Below are positions 1-10,651 of a stretch of DNA of 45,721 bases, one piece after another; the first letter of the stretch is position 1; each line of letters opens with the position of its first letter. A model generated the notes under the pieces. That model saw nothing but the letters and a program-made list of their open reading frames with translations, did no database searches and was not told where the DNA came from. The translations under genes were made by a program, and so were the position numbers. Location of the stretch: sequence record SRR22947727_1424. One strand, written 5' to 3'.

Positions 1-98
1 TCACCACCCGCCATATGCGCCCGCCCAGGTCGGCGCTGCCCTCGTTTCGTGTTGACATGGCGTTATGCAGAGGTCTTCTTGGCGGAATAAATCTCCGT

Positions 99-113
99 GT
101 TCTCTAAAAGTTC
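99..113. promoter_or_regulatory. Alphaproteobacterial LexA (SOS) box upstream of uvrA
   Basis: GTTC-TCTAAAA-GTTC is an exact GTTC-N7-GTTC, 64 nt before the uvrA ATG. Confidence 0.88.
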
Positions 114-177
114 TCATTTTTTGATTGGCCCTGAAGCGACTTAACACTATGTTGTGTTCAAAGATCTGGGGTCCAAA

Positions 178-3030
178 ATGGTTGAGCTAAAAAATATTGA
201 AGTCCGCGGCGCGCGTGAGCATAATCTTAAGAATATAGATGTTGATATTCCCCGCGATAAGCTGGTGGTGATAACCGGGCTGTCAGGTTCGGGAAAATCG
301 TCTTTGGCCTTTGACACGATCTATGCAGAGGGGCAGCGGCGCTACGTTGAAAGCCTGTCTGCCTATGCGCGGCAGTTTCTGGATATGATGGAAAAACCTG
401 ATGTTGATCACATCAGCGGTTTGAGTCCTGCCATCTCCATTGAGCAAAAAACCACCTCTAAAAATCCCCGCTCGACAGTGGGCACGGTGACAGAAATTTA
501 TGACTATATGCGGCTTTTGTTCGCGCGGGTTGGCACGCCATTTTCTCCTGAAACGGGTCTGCCGATTGAAGCCCAGCAAGTGCAAGATATGGTCGACCGG
601 GTCATGGCCATGGAGGAGGGTACGCGCGGCTATTTGCTGGCGCCCATCGTTCGCGACCGAAAGGGAGAATATCGCAAAGAATTCGCCGAGCTGCGCAAAC
701 AAGGCTTTCAACGCATCAAAGTCGATGGTGCGTTTTATGATTTGGACGAGCCGCCCACGCTCGACAAAAAATTTCGCCACGACATTGATGTGGTCGTCGA
801 CCGGATTGTGGTGCGCGAAGGGGTCGAAACCCGTTTGGCCGATAGTTTCCGCACGGCCTTAGATTTGGCCGATGGTATTACCATTCTTGAAACCGCCCCC
901 AGTGAAGGCGATCCAGAGCGCCATACCTTCAGCGAAAAATTCGCCTGTCCCGTGTCGGGCTTTACCATCCCTGAAATTGAGCCGCGCCTTTTTTCCTTTA
1001 ACGCGCCCTTTGGTGCCTGTCCGCAATGCGATGGCCTGGGGGTTGAATTGTTCTTTGATGAGCGTCTCGTGGTGCCCGATCAAACCCTGAAAATTTCCGA
1101 CGGTGCCCTGGCGCCCTGGCGCAAAGGCAAGTCGCCTTATTTTCTTCAAACTATAGAATCCATCGCCAAACATTACGCGTTCAAACCCTCTGCCAAATGG
1201 AAGGACCTGCCGGAAAAAGTGCAACAGGTTTTTCTTTACGGATCGGGTAAGGAAGAAATCCTGTTTCGCTATGACGAGGCCGGGCGAGTGTATCAGGTGA
1301 CGCGCAGCTTTGAAGGTGTCATCCCCAATATGGAGCGCCGCTACCGCGAGACCGACAGCAATTGGATCCGTGAAGAGTTCGAGCGCTATCAAAACAACCG
1401 CTCCTGCGGCACTTGCGGCGGGTATCGTCTGCGGGCAGAGGCCCTGGCCGTCAAAATTGCCGGGCTGCATGCTGGCCAAGTGGTGCAAATGTCCATCAAA
1501 GAGGCCTTTGAATGGTGCAAATCCGTGCCAGACCAGCTGAGCAAACAAAAGCTGGCCATCGCCGGGCCCATCTTAAAGGAAATTCGCGAAAGGCTTGGGT
1601 TCCTGAACAATGTCGGGCTCGAATATCTCACTTTGGCGCGCAATTCTGGCACACTTTCGGGTGGAGAAAGCCAACGGATTCGCCTTGCAAGTCAGATCGG
1701 TTCTGGGCTGCAGGGCGTGCTCTATGTGCTTGATGAGCCAAGTATTGGCCTGCATCAACGGGACAATGACCGACTTTTGACCACGCTTAAAAACCTGCGT
1801 GATCAAGGCAATACGGTCATTGTGGTTGAGCATGACGAAGAGGCCATCCGCGAGGCCGATTATGTGTTCGACATTGGCCCCGGCGCAGGTGTGCACGGGG
1901 GGCAGGTGGTGGCCAAAGGCACGCCGGAAGAGATCATAGCCAATGCGGCCTCTGTCACCGGGGATTATCTCTCTGGGCGCCGGCGCATTGAAATTCCAAC
2001 CACGCGCCGGGTGGGCAACAAAAAGAAAGTCACCGTACGCAAGGCGACGGGGAATAATCTACAAAATATCACGGTTGATTTTCCCTTAGGCCAGTTTGTT
2101 TGTGTGACGGGCGTTTCGGGGGGGGGTAAGTCGACCCTGACCATTGAGACCCTGTTTAAAACCGCCTCAATGAACCTGAATGGTGCGCGGCAAACACCGG
2201 CGCCATGTGAGACGGTGAAAGGTCTGGAGCATCTCGACAAGGTCATCGATATTGATCAACGCCCCATTGGTCGCACGCCGCGATCCAATCCGGCCACTTA
2301 TACGGGCGCATTCACTCCGATCCGCGATTGGTTCGCTGGCCTGCCCGAGGCCAAGGCGCGCGGGTATAAACCGGGACGTTTTTCCTTTAATGTCAAAGGT
2401 GGGCGCTGCGAGGCCTGCCAGGGTGATGGGGTGATCAAAATTGAAATGCACTTCCTGCCGGATGTCTATGTCGAATGTGAGACCTGCAAGGGTGCGCGCT
2501 ACAATCGTGAAACCTTAGAGGTAAAATTCAAAGGGCAATCCATTGCGGATGTGTTGGATATGACCGTGGAGGTGGCGCAAGATTTCTTTAAGGCGGTGCC
2601 CTCGATCCGTGAAAAGATGGATGCGCTTATGCGGGTTGGGCTGGGCTATATCAAAGTGGGCCAGCAAGCGACTACGCTGTCAGGCGGTGAGGCGCAACGG
2701 GTGAAACTGTCAAAAGAGCTGTCCAAGCGCAGCACGGGCCGAACCCTATATATTCTGGATGAACCGACAACGGGCCTGCATTTTGAAGATGTGCGTAAAC
2801 TGCTCGAAGTGCTGCATGAGCTGGTGGATCAGGGCAATTCTGTCATCGTGATCGAACACAATTTGGATGTGGTGAAAACCGCAGATCACATTATTGACAT
2901 TGGCCCCGAGGGCGGCGATGGCGGAGGGCAGGTGGTGGCCAAAGGCACACCGGAGGTGGTCGCAAAAGTCCCACAAAGCCACACTGGGCGCTATCTCAAG
3001 GAGATGCTCGCGGCGCAAAAATCGCGTTAA
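178..3030 (+). CDS. uvrA: Excinuclease ABC subunit A
   Basis: GAREHNLKN start, two Walker A motifs ([16 protein letters not shown]), two LSGGE signatures, CxxC zinc motifs; ATG at 178 preferred over GTG 154. Confidence 0.98.
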   Translation: MVELKNIEVRGAREHNLKNIDVDIPRDKLVVITGLSGSGKSSLAFDTIYAEGQRRYVESLSAYARQFLDMMEKPDVDHISGLSPAISIEQKTTSKNPRSTVGTVTEIYDYMRLLFARVGTPFSPETGLPIEAQQVQDMVDRVMAMEEGTRGYLLAPIVRDRKGEYRKEFAELRKQGFQRIKVDGAFYDLDEPPTLDKKFRHDIDVVVDRIVVREGVETRLADSFRTALDLADGITILETAPSEGDPERHTFSEKFACPVSGFTIPEIEPRLFSFNAPFGACPQCDGLGVELFFDERLVVPDQTLKISDGALAPWRKGKSPYFLQTIESIAKHYAFKPSAKWKDLPEKVQQVFLYGSGKEEILFRYDEAGRVYQVTRSFEGVIPNMERRYRETDSNWIREEFERYQNNRSCGTCGGYRLRAEALAVKIAGLHAGQVVQMSIKEAFEWCKSVPDQLSKQKLAIAGPILKEIRERLGFLNNVGLEYLTLARNSGTLSGGESQRIRLASQIGSGLQGVLYVLDEPSIGLHQRDNDRLLTTLKNLRDQGNTVIVVEHDEEAIREADYVFDIGPGAGVHGGQVVAKGTPEEIIANAASVTGDYLSGRRRIEIPTTRRVGNKKKVTVRKATGNNLQNITVDFPLGQFVCVTGVSGGGKSTLTIETLFKTASMNLNGARQTPAPCETVKGLEHLDKVIDIDQRPIGRTPRSNPATYTGAFTPIRDWFAGLPEAKARGYKPGRFSFNVKGGRCEACQGDGVIKIEMHFLPDVYVECETCKGARYNRETLEVKFKGQSIADVLDMTVEVAQDFFKAVPSIREKMDALMRVGLGYIKVGQQATTLSGGEAQRVKLSKELSKRSTGRTLYILDEPTTGLHFEDVRKLLEVLHELVDQGNSVIVIEHNLDVVKTADHIIDIGPEGGDGGGQVVAKGTPEVVAKVPQSHTGRYLKEMLAAQKSR

Positions 3031-4352
3031 ATCTGGGGTTTGCTCAGGACCAATTCAAGCAGTGATTGAAGGCCCGGCGCATCCAGTTGATCGAAATCCG
3101 CGCAGAGGGTTTCGAGAATTTCTGCATTTTTGACCCCCAATATTGGATCGGCAAATAGGTGGAATTTCTGGGAAATCTCTGCATCTGTTAGGGGCATATC
3201 AACATCGCCGCGGGGGCTTCGCGGGGGGCTTTCGCAAATGCGACCATCGCGCAGGCGCAGGCTCACCTGTGCCCAGCGTTTTCCCTCGCTGATCTGGGTT
3301 AAATGCGGGTCATCAATCAATTGCGTCGCGTTACTTATGCGCAATATTTCGGGATCTCTCAGCGTCTCAGCCGCCAATTCCGCCGGACCGATTTGCCCGC
3401 GCACAATCATGCAGGCCACAGGAAAGGCAATTGAATAGGCAAATTCATCGGCCGTTTTGGGGTGATGCCCGGCCAAGCGCGTGGCATTGTGAAAGGTTTT
3501 GATCTCCACAGAGCTGACCTGGTGATGTGTAATTTTATGCTTGGACATGAGATCGGCGGCGGCATCGATGCTTGGATGGGCCCACCGGCAACAGGGGTAG
3601 GGCTTGTAATGGGTGTCGCTCACCAATTTCCAAGTCTCGCCCAAGCCTTGCCAATGTGGCCCCTGGCAGGTGAGCGCCGGTGCGCCGGTGAATCCGTTGA
3701 GGGCCAAAAATCCAGCCGTGATGCCCGTGGGTGCACCCCAGCCAACCCCGTCACGCACCATCGTGGGATGATCGATGCAGCGCATCATTTGGCTGCGCGG
3801 GCCATGGTATTCGCCGATCCCTGCGGCTTCATGGATCTGCATGGGGTTGCATCCAATCACCCGCGCGGTCATCGCCGCAACCCCAACGGCAGTCCAGGCG
3901 CCCGATGTGTGGTAATCGGCGCAGATGTCATGCTGTGTCAGCCCGGCCCGATAGGAGATCTCATAGGCCAATGCCAAATAGGTCGCGAAATCTTGCCCTG
4001 TCATACTGCGTTCATCGGCCAGAGCCAAAAGCGCTGGAAAGATCGCAGATCCTGCATGACCTTTGCAAGGGGAGGTGCCATCATGGGCGTCGATGCTGTC
4101 GATGGTCATTGCGCCGGCCATCGCAGCGCCGGCGAGGCTTGCCACATTTCCATCAAAAAGGCAGCGCGCGGCAGATGCGGAGGTGGCGCCAAACATCATT
4201 CTTGCGGTCTTTGTGCCAATCCTTGCCATCTCAGTTTGCGATCCAATGGCCGCAACCCCGAGGCTGTCGAGCAGCGAACGCCGCAAGACTTTCAGCACAT
4301 CCTCAGGCAGGGCCTTATAGGATAGGCTGGCGGCAAAGTCTTGCATCAACAT
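3027..4352 (-). CDS. MmgE/PrpD family protein, substrate unknown
   Basis: 441 aa; [42 protein letters not shown] motifs; AGGAG SD overlapping the mmsB stop. Confidence 0.88.
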   Translation of the reverse strand: MLMQDFAASLSYKALPEDVLKVLRRSLLDSLGVAAIGSQTEMARIGTKTARMMFGATSASAARCLFDGNVASLAGAAMAGAMTIDSIDAHDGTSPCKGHAGSAIFPALLALADERSMTGQDFATYLALAYEISYRAGLTQHDICADYHTSGAWTAVGVAAMTARVIGCNPMQIHEAAGIGEYHGPRSQMMRCIDHPTMVRDGVGWGAPTGITAGFLALNGFTGAPALTCQGPHWQGLGETWKLVSDTHYKPYPCCRWAHPSIDAAADLMSKHKITHHQVSSVEIKTFHNATRLAGHHPKTADEFAYSIAFPVACMIVRGQIGPAELAAETLRDPEILRISNATQLIDDPHLTQISEGKRWAQVSLRLRDGRICESPPRSPRGDVDMPLTDAEISQKFHLFADPILGVKNAEILETLCADFDQLDAPGLQSLLELVLSKPQI

Positions 4353-4361
4353 ATCTATCTC

Positions 4362-5234
4362 CTAGGAGCGACTGCGGCCCTCGAATCGCGGCAGCATGGC
4401 GGAAAAATCTCGTCCGCTACCATCTTCCTGTTCGACAAAAATTTTGTAAAGTTCTGTCGCAGCCGCGCCCATGGGCGTGTCGGCATCCACATCTTGAGCA
4501 GCCTGTTGTGACAGGCGTAGATCTTTGAGCATGAGATCGGCGGCAAAGCCGGGTGCGTAGCCATTATCAGCCGGGCTTTGTGGGCCGATGCCGGGGGCTG
4601 GACAATAGGCATTCATCGTCCAGCTGTAGCCGGAAGAGGTGCTGACCACGTCAAACATAGCTTGTCGGTCCAGCCCAAGTTTATCGGCCAGAGCAAAGGC
4701 TTCACAGGTGCCGATCATAGTGATTCCAAGAATCATGTTGTTGCAAATTTTTGCCGCCTGCCCATTTCCGGCGCCGCCGCAATGCACCGCCGTGCGTCCC
4801 ATGATATCAAACAGCGGCGATACCGCTGCAAAGCTCTCGGCCGATCCTCCGACCATGAAGGTTAAAGTGCCAGCCTCCGCTCCGCCCACGCCGCCAGACA
4901 CGGGGGCATCTAGGAAGCTGATCCCCCGGTCCTCGGCGCGGCGCGCAATGCTGCGGGCTGCGGCCACGTCTATGGTTGAACAATCGAGTAAGACGGTGCC
5001 TTTTTCCATGACAGGCAGCGCTTGATCGGCCACCGATTGGGCGATTTTCCCATTGGGGAGCATGGTAATCACCACATCGGCGCCTGTTGCGGCCGCCTGT
5101 GCACTGGCGGCTACGGCCACGCCCTCTGCTGTGGTGCCCGCTGGGTCATATCCCGAGACCTGATGGCCCGCAGCGGCCAGATTTTTGGCCATAGGCGCGC
5201 CCATATTTCCAAGTCCAATAAATCCGATGTTCAT
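4362..5234 (-). CDS. mmsB: 3-hydroxyisobutyrate dehydrogenase
   Basis: IGFIGLGNMGAPMA, DAPVSGG, AAKICNNMILG, G.DFS motifs; operon context; start trimmed to MNIGF. Confidence 0.95.
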   Translation of the reverse strand: MNIGFIGLGNMGAPMAKNLAAAGHQVSGYDPAGTTAEGVAVAASAQAAATGADVVITMLPNGKIAQSVADQALPVMEKGTVLLDCSTIDVAAARSIARRAEDRGISFLDAPVSGGVGGAEAGTLTFMVGGSAESFAAVSPLFDIMGRTAVHCGGAGNGQAAKICNNMILGITMIGTCEAFALADKLGLDRQAMFDVVSTSSGYSWTMNAYCPAPGIGPQSPADNGYAPGFAADLMLKDLRLSQQAAQDVDADTPMGAAATELYKIFVEQEDGSGRDFSAMLPRFEGRSRS

Positions 5235-5235
5235 T

Positions 5236-6273
5236 TTAACTCTCCGTGAGATCAAGGGAATGGGGTCCCAAAGGGCGCAGCATGGCGCTGGCCGCTGGCA
5301 GCAGCGGGTCCGTCATCGCGTGCCGCCATTTTGGGGATTTGTCTTTGTCGATTACCATAGCTCGGATGCCTTCGATGAAATCACCCTGTTCTGCGGCTCG
5401 GTAGGTGAAACGATATTCCATGCCCAAGGCTAAAACGATATCGTCCAGCCCACGCACGCGGTGGATCAACTCAATGGTTGCGGCCATGGCCAGCGGGCTA
5501 GAGCGGGACAGTTTTTTGATGCAGGCCTCGGCAAAATCGCCGCCCGTGTGATTGAGATTGTTGACGATATCGCCAAAATAGTCGCCTCGGAAAAACTCAT
5601 TCACTTGCGCTTCAATCTGCAACAGCGGGGCAGGGCCCGCAGGGCGGGCAGCCTTGGCAATCGCTGAAACATCGCCTGTGTCACAGAGGGTTTCGATCAA
5701 TCTGGGCCAATCCTCTTGCGGGATGAAGTGATCGGCAAAGCCGGCAAAAATGGCATCTGCCGGCCCCATACGGCTGGCCGTTGTGCCGAGATATTCACCG
5801 AAGCGCCCGGGTGCACGGGCCAAAAGCAAGGACCCGCCCACATCTGGCACCAGACCAATGCCGCATTCGGGCATGGCAATCTGACTGGATTCGCAGACAA
5901 TTCGGTGCGGCAGGTGGCAGCCCAGCCCCACGCCACCGCCCATTGTGAAACCGTGCAGAAAGCTGATGATCGGCTTAGGGCTGGTCGCGAGTTTGGCGTT
6001 GAGGCGGTATTCATCTGTCCAAAATTTCCGGCCATAATCATAGTCTCCGGCAACGGCTGTTTTATACATGGCGGTTATATCGCCGCCGGCGCAAAATGCC
6101 CGCTCACCCGCTCCTTCAAAAAGGATCACTTCAACGTCCGGATCGGCCTCCCATTTGCCCAGATAGCTCTCAATTTGCAGGCACATTTCATAGGTCAAAG
6201 CGTTCAAGGCGCCGGGGCGGTTGAGCGTGAAACGCCCGGCTTTGCCGTCTTTGCGCGCGATAAGATCGCTCAT
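5236..6273 (-). CDS. 3-hydroxyisobutyryl-CoA hydrolase (crotonase family)
   Basis: LNRP.ALNAL, AFCAGGDI, MGGGVGL, MPECGIGLVPDVGG, DFIEGIRA..IDKD..PKW. Confidence 0.9.
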   Translation of the reverse strand: MSDLIARKDGKAGRFTLNRPGALNALTYEMCLQIESYLGKWEADPDVEVILFEGAGERAFCAGGDITAMYKTAVAGDYDYGRKFWTDEYRLNAKLATSPKPIISFLHGFTMGGGVGLGCHLPHRIVCESSQIAMPECGIGLVPDVGGSLLLARAPGRFGEYLGTTASRMGPADAIFAGFADHFIPQEDWPRLIETLCDTGDVSAIAKAARPAGPAPLLQIEAQVNEFFRGDYFGDIVNNLNHTGGDFAEACIKKLSRSSPLAMAATIELIHRVRGLDDIVLALGMEYRFTYRAAEQGDFIEGIRAMVIDKDKSPKWRHAMTDPLLPAASAMLRPLGPHSLDLTES

Positions 6274-7406
6274 GCGCGCAAGCCCCTGGCCACGATCATC
6301 CGCATGATTTCATTGGTGCCTTCTAAGATTTGATGAACTCTGAGATCGCGTACGGTTTTTTCAATGCCGTAATCGGCCAAATAGCCATACCCACCATGCA
6401 GTTGCAGGCAATCATTGGCCACTTTGCTGCCCATATCGGTCACCAGCTTTTTGGCCATGGCGCAAAAATGAGTCGCATCTGGCGCGCCATTGTCCAGCTT
6501 CCAAGCGGCTTGACGCAGAAATATGCGGCCCGATTGCAGTTCAATCTCCATGTCGGCAAGACGAAATTGCAGGGCCTGAAACTGATCGATCGATTTTCCA
6601 AAGGCTTTGCGCTCGGCCATATAGGTCCGCGTTGTGTCAAAGGCTTGTTGCGCCGCCCCCAGCGAACAGGCCGCGATATTCAGCCGCCCGCCGTCCAGCC
6701 CAGCCATGGCGTAGGAAAACCCGAGGCCTTCGGCGCCCAGAAGGTTTTCGATGGGTGTCTTGCAGTCATCCAGCTGCACCTGCCGGGTCGGTTGCGCGCG
6801 CCAGCCCATTTTGTCTTCCAGCCCGCCAAAGGACAGCCCCTCTGCGCCATCTTCCACGATCAAAGCCGTGATACCCTTTGGACTGTCATCGCCTGTCCGG
6901 GCCATGATAATATAGGCATCAGAATAGCCTCCACCAGAGATAAAGGCCTTGGTGCCGGTGAGGGTGAAATCTGTGTTGCTCTTAAGAGCTCTTGTCTTCA
7001 ATGCCGCCGCATCAGACCCTGAGCCCGGCTCGGTGAGGCAGTAGGAAAAGAAGGTCTCCATACTCAAGGCGCGAGGAAGATATTTGTCGCGCAGCGCCGA
7101 CGAGCCGAATTTATCGATCATTGCCGCGCACATATTGTGGATAGATAGAAAGGAGGCCACCGTCGGGCAGGCCATAGAGAGCGCTTCAAACACCAAAGTG
7201 GCATCCAGTCGGCTTAGGCCCGATCCGCCGCTTTCTTCGCGCACATAGAGCCCGCCAAAGCCCAATTCCGCCAATTGGGGCCAGAGGCTCTTTGGAATTT
7301 CGCCTGCCGCTTCCCACTCCCGTGCGAAAGGCGCGATGTGGCTGGCCCCAAAATCGCGGGCCATGTCGAAAATCGCGGTTTGTTCTTCGGAAAGGGCAAA
7401 ATCCAT
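6270..7406 (-). CDS. Isobutyryl-CoA dehydrogenase (acyl-CoA dehydrogenase)
   Basis: MDFALSEEQ, SYCLTEPGSGSDAA, GTKAFISGGG, RDLRVHQILEGTNEIMR; AGGAG SD; start trimmed to 7406. Confidence 0.92.
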   Translation of the reverse strand: MDFALSEEQTAIFDMARDFGASHIAPFAREWEAAGEIPKSLWPQLAELGFGGLYVREESGGSGLSRLDATLVFEALSMACPTVASFLSIHNMCAAMIDKFGSSALRDKYLPRALSMETFFSYCLTEPGSGSDAAALKTRALKSNTDFTLTGTKAFISGGGYSDAYIIMARTGDDSPKGITALIVEDGAEGLSFGGLEDKMGWRAQPTRQVQLDDCKTPIENLLGAEGLGFSYAMAGLDGGRLNIAACSLGAAQQAFDTTRTYMAERKAFGKSIDQFQALQFRLADMEIELQSGRIFLRQAAWKLDNGAPDATHFCAMAKKLVTDMGSKVANDCLQLHGGYGYLADYGIEKTVRDLRVHQILEGTNEIMRMIVARGLRA

Positions 7407-7500
7407 GAGACAGCTCCTGTCATTGCGTTGCGGCAAGTGAAGCAAATCCCAAGCCAGGAATCCAGCTTCTATTTTGAAGGCCGAGCCTGCGGATGGTTGC

Positions 7501-7531
7501 GCGCGCCGGGCCCTTGTGAGCACCGGCGCGC
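7501..7531. repeat. Intergenic GC-rich hairpin after mmsA
   Basis: GCGCGCCGG (7501-7509) / CCGGCGCGC (7523-7531), 13-nt loop, 8 nt past the mmsA stop; no U-tract. Confidence 0.45.
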
Positions 7532-7539
7532 CGCGTGAT

Positions 7540-9039
7540 TTATTCCATCACGGGAATAGAGAACTCGCCGCCTTCTTTGGTGCCCGAAGGCCAGCGCGAG
7601 GTCACGGTTTTGGTGCGTGTGTAGAATTTAAACGCATCCGGTCCGTGCTGGTTCAAATCGCCGAAGACCGATTTTTTCCACCCCCCAAAGGTGTGATAGG
7701 CCAATGGCACCGGGATCGGCACATTGATTCCCACCATGCCGACATTGACCCGATTGGCAAAGTCGCGCGCGGTATCGCCGTCACGAGTAAAGATCGCTGT
7801 GCCATTGCCATATTCATGATCCATGGCCAGCCCGAGCGCCTCCTCATAGGTCTCTGCGCGAACGGTGGACAGAACAGGGCCGAAGATTTCGTATTTGTAG
7901 ATGTCCATATCCTTGGTCACATTGTCGAACAAATGCGCGCCCACAAAAAAGCCATCCTCATAGCCTTGAAGGTTGAAATCACGACCATCCACCACGAGTT
8001 TTGCGCCTTGATCGATGCCGGTTTGCACCAAACGCTCAATATTTGCTTTGGCAGCCGCGGTGACAACCGGTCCGTAGTCCACGTCATTGCCCGCCGTGTA
8101 GGGACCCACTTTCAGAGCTTCAACCCGGGGGATCAATTTTTCCATCAGGCGATCTGCTGTGTCTTCCCCTACGGGAACTGCGACAGAAATAGCCATGCAG
8201 CGTTCACCGGCGGCGCCATACCCTGCGCCCATAAGCGCATCAGCGGCTTGATCCATATCCGCATCGGGCATGATGATCATATGGTTTTTCGCACCACCAA
8301 AACACTGCACCCGTTTGCCGTTGGCGCAGCCTGTCGCATAGATATATTCGGCGATTGGGGTGGAGCCCACAAAACCTATGGATTGAACCACATCGTGATG
8401 CAGGATCGCGTCAACCGCTTCTTTATCACCGTTCACAACTTGTAAAATGCCCTTGGGCAGCCCGGCTTCTTCGAGCAATTCTGCCAACATCAACGGCACG
8501 GAGGGGTCGCGCTCAGAGGGTTTGAGGATAAAGGCGTTGCCGCAGGCAATGGCAGGTGCAAACATCCACATCGGGATCATGGCTGGGAAATTGAATGGGG
8601 TGATGCCGGCTGTGACGCCGAGCGCCTGACGCATAGAGTACATATCAATGCCAGGACCGGCGCTATCGGTAAATTCACCTTTCAACAATTGCGGTGCACC
8701 GATGCAATATTCCACAACTTCCAAGCCCCGGATCACATCGCCCTTGGCATCTGGCAAGGTTTTGCCGTGCTCGCGGCTCAAAGCTTCGGCCAATTTGTCC
8801 ATATCGCGATTTAAAAGGTCCACAAATTTCATCAAAACCCGCGCGCGGCGCTGTGGATTGACGGCAGCCCAAGCGGGTTGTGCGGCGGCGGCATGGGCCA
8901 CGGCCTGATCGAGCTCTGCGCCATTGGCCAGTGGGACTTTGGCTTGAACCTCGCCGGTGGCCGGGTTGTAGACATCGGCAAAACGTCCAGAGGTGCCTTT
9001 GACATGGGCGCCATTGATATAGTGGGTTAACTCTTGCAT
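7540..9039 (-). CDS. mmsA: CoA-acylating methylmalonate-semialdehyde dehydrogenase
   Basis: ITPFNFPAMIP, KPSERDP, GGAKNH, GAAGERCMA, EIFGPVL, GMVGINVPIPVP; AAGGAG SD. Confidence 0.97.
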   Translation of the reverse strand: MQELTHYINGAHVKGTSGRFADVYNPATGEVQAKVPLANGAELDQAVAHAAAAQPAWAAVNPQRRARVLMKFVDLLNRDMDKLAEALSREHGKTLPDAKGDVIRGLEVVEYCIGAPQLLKGEFTDSAGPGIDMYSMRQALGVTAGITPFNFPAMIPMWMFAPAIACGNAFILKPSERDPSVPLMLAELLEEAGLPKGILQVVNGDKEAVDAILHHDVVQSIGFVGSTPIAEYIYATGCANGKRVQCFGGAKNHMIIMPDADMDQAADALMGAGYGAAGERCMAISVAVPVGEDTADRLMEKLIPRVEALKVGPYTAGNDVDYGPVVTAAAKANIERLVQTGIDQGAKLVVDGRDFNLQGYEDGFFVGAHLFDNVTKDMDIYKYEIFGPVLSTVRAETYEEALGLAMDHEYGNGTAIFTRDGDTARDFANRVNVGMVGINVPIPVPLAYHTFGGWKKSVFGDLNQHGPDAFKFYTRTKTVTSRWPSGTKEGGEFSIPVME

Positions 9040-9070
9040 GGGGGTCTCCTTGTTTGTTTCGCTTTTAGTC

Positions 9071-9126
9071 TTGCAATAATGTAATTAAAAGCGAAAATAA
9101 TCCAAAATCATTTTGCAAAATTGTAG
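9071..9126. promoter_or_regulatory. Two candidate LysR T-N11-A operator sites in the mmsA/lysR divergent promoter
   Basis: TTGCAATAATGTAA (9071-9084) and TTGCAAAATTGTAG (9113-9126), 42 bp apart. Confidence 0.5.
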
Positions 9127-9133
9127 GTTCGTA

Positions 9134-10048
9134 ATGGAAAACTGGGATGATCTACGCATCTTTCTGGCCGTGGCGCAATCGGGCAGCCTGACGGTTGCGG
9201 CGCAGGTGTTGAAAATTGACCCGGCAACGGTCAGCCGTAGGATTGCCCGGTTGGAGCAGACCCATGCAACGCCACTCTTTTCAAAATCCCCGAAAGGCTA
9301 CGATCTGACGGAAGCGGGGCATGGGCTCATGGCGCATGTGGATGCCGCCCAAGCCTCCTTAAATGCGGGGCTTGGGGCGCTGCGCGGAGACGGGGAGGGG
9401 CTTAGAGGCCAGATTCGCATCGGTGCGCCGGATGGATGCGCCAATTTCCTCTTGCCGCAGGTCTGCGGTCATATCACAAAAACCTATCCAGATTTAGATA
9501 TTCAAATCGTGGCTTTGCCAAGGGTTTTCAACCTGACGCGGCGCGAGGCTGATATGGCGATTGGGGTGAGCCAACCCACGGCCGGGCGGCTTATGGTGCA
9601 AAAAATCGCTGACTATCGGTTGCATCTCGCGGCCTCAACGGCGCTTTGGCAAATCTACAAAAGGCCCGAGCGCCTGAGCGATCTCAAAGACCTGCCGACT
9701 GTTGGCTATGTGCAGGATATGATCTTTGACAAGGAGCTTGATTACCTTGAACCGCTCGGACTGCGGCGGGTGCAGCTCGCGTCCAATTCCATTTCCGTCC
9801 AAATGAACCTGTTGCGCCAGGGTGCGGGGCTTGGCATTGTGCATGATTTCGCCCTGCCTTTTGCCCCGGAATTACGCCGCATTTTAGTGGATCACTTGAG
9901 CCTGACGCGCAGTTTCTTTTTGATCCGGTCCACCGATGATCGCCACAATCGGCGGCTCAACCAATTCGCACAGGTATTGGTGAGCGGGTTGCGGGTGGAA
10001 ATTCAGAGGCTTGAGGCTCTGGCCGAAGCGCCGGGCGGTAAATTTTAA
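9134..10048 (+). CDS. LysR family regulator, probable regulator of the mms operon
   Basis: MENWDDLRIFLAVA..GSL..AA HTH, L.RREADMAI; divergent from mmsA. Confidence 0.93.
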   Translation: MENWDDLRIFLAVAQSGSLTVAAQVLKIDPATVSRRIARLEQTHATPLFSKSPKGYDLTEAGHGLMAHVDAAQASLNAGLGALRGDGEGLRGQIRIGAPDGCANFLLPQVCGHITKTYPDLDIQIVALPRVFNLTRREADMAIGVSQPTAGRLMVQKIADYRLHLAASTALWQIYKRPERLSDLKDLPTVGYVQDMIFDKELDYLEPLGLRRVQLASNSISVQMNLLRQGAGLGIVHDFALPFAPELRRILVDHLSLTRSFFLIRSTDDRHNRRLNQFAQVLVSGLRVEIQRLEALAEAPGGKF

Positions 10049-10133
10049 ACGACTGCACCGGTTTTTTGCACCGCGCTGGCTTGCAATTCGCTCAATTTAT
10101 GGCTTGTTACCTATATCAGTCGGAGAAGTTAAA

Positions 10134-10631
10134 ATGCGCATAGGCCTTTACCCCGGAACCTTTGATCCGATTACTCTGGGACATATTGATATCATCCGAC
10201 GTGGCTGCGCATTGGTGGACCGTTTGGTCATCGGGGTGGCGATCAATCGTGATAAAGGGCCGCTCTTTGATCTCGATGAGCGCGTATCGATGATTGAAGT
10301 TGAGGCGGCGCGTCTTACGGAGCAGACCGGAACTGAAATTCATGTGCACCCGTTTGAAAACCTGTTGATTGACTGCGCCCGCGACGTCGGCGCCGGGGTT
10401 ATTTTGCGCGGATTGCGCGCAGTTTCAGACTTTGAATATGAATATCAGATGGTTGGCATGAATAGGCAGCTGGATTCATCGGTTGAAACTGTCTTTTTGA
10501 TGGCCGAGGCCCAGCATCAGGCCATTGCGTCAAAACTGGTCAAAGAGATCTGTCGCTTGGATGGGGATGTGTCGAAATTCGTCACCCCGGCGGTCGAGGC
10601 GGCCTTAAGGCGCCGCCTGCACCGCTCATAA
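10134..10631 (+). CDS. coaD: Phosphopantetheine adenylyltransferase
   Basis: YPGTFDPITLGH, RGLRAVSDFEYE, IASKLVKEI; GGAG SD. Confidence 0.97.
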   Translation: MRIGLYPGTFDPITLGHIDIIRRGCALVDRLVIGVAINRDKGPLFDLDERVSMIEVEAARLTEQTGTEIHVHPFENLLIDCARDVGAGVILRGLRAVSDFEYEYQMVGMNRQLDSSVETVFLMAEAQHQAIASKLVKEICRLDGDVSKFVTPAVEAALRRRLHRS

Positions 10632-10651
10632 TTTGCATGGGCTGTCTGAGG

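Noticed and set aside
1..58. Possible start of a divergent gene (MSTRNEGSADLGGRIWRVV...), considered as ssb
   Set aside because: Only 19 codons visible, no clear SD, and unlike the alphaproteobacterial SSB N-terminus; cannot be called
3462..8445. Plus-strand ORFs of 200-320 aa (3462, 3731, 5716, 6330, 7474)
   Set aside because: Antisense shadows of well-supported mms operon genes, with no motifs
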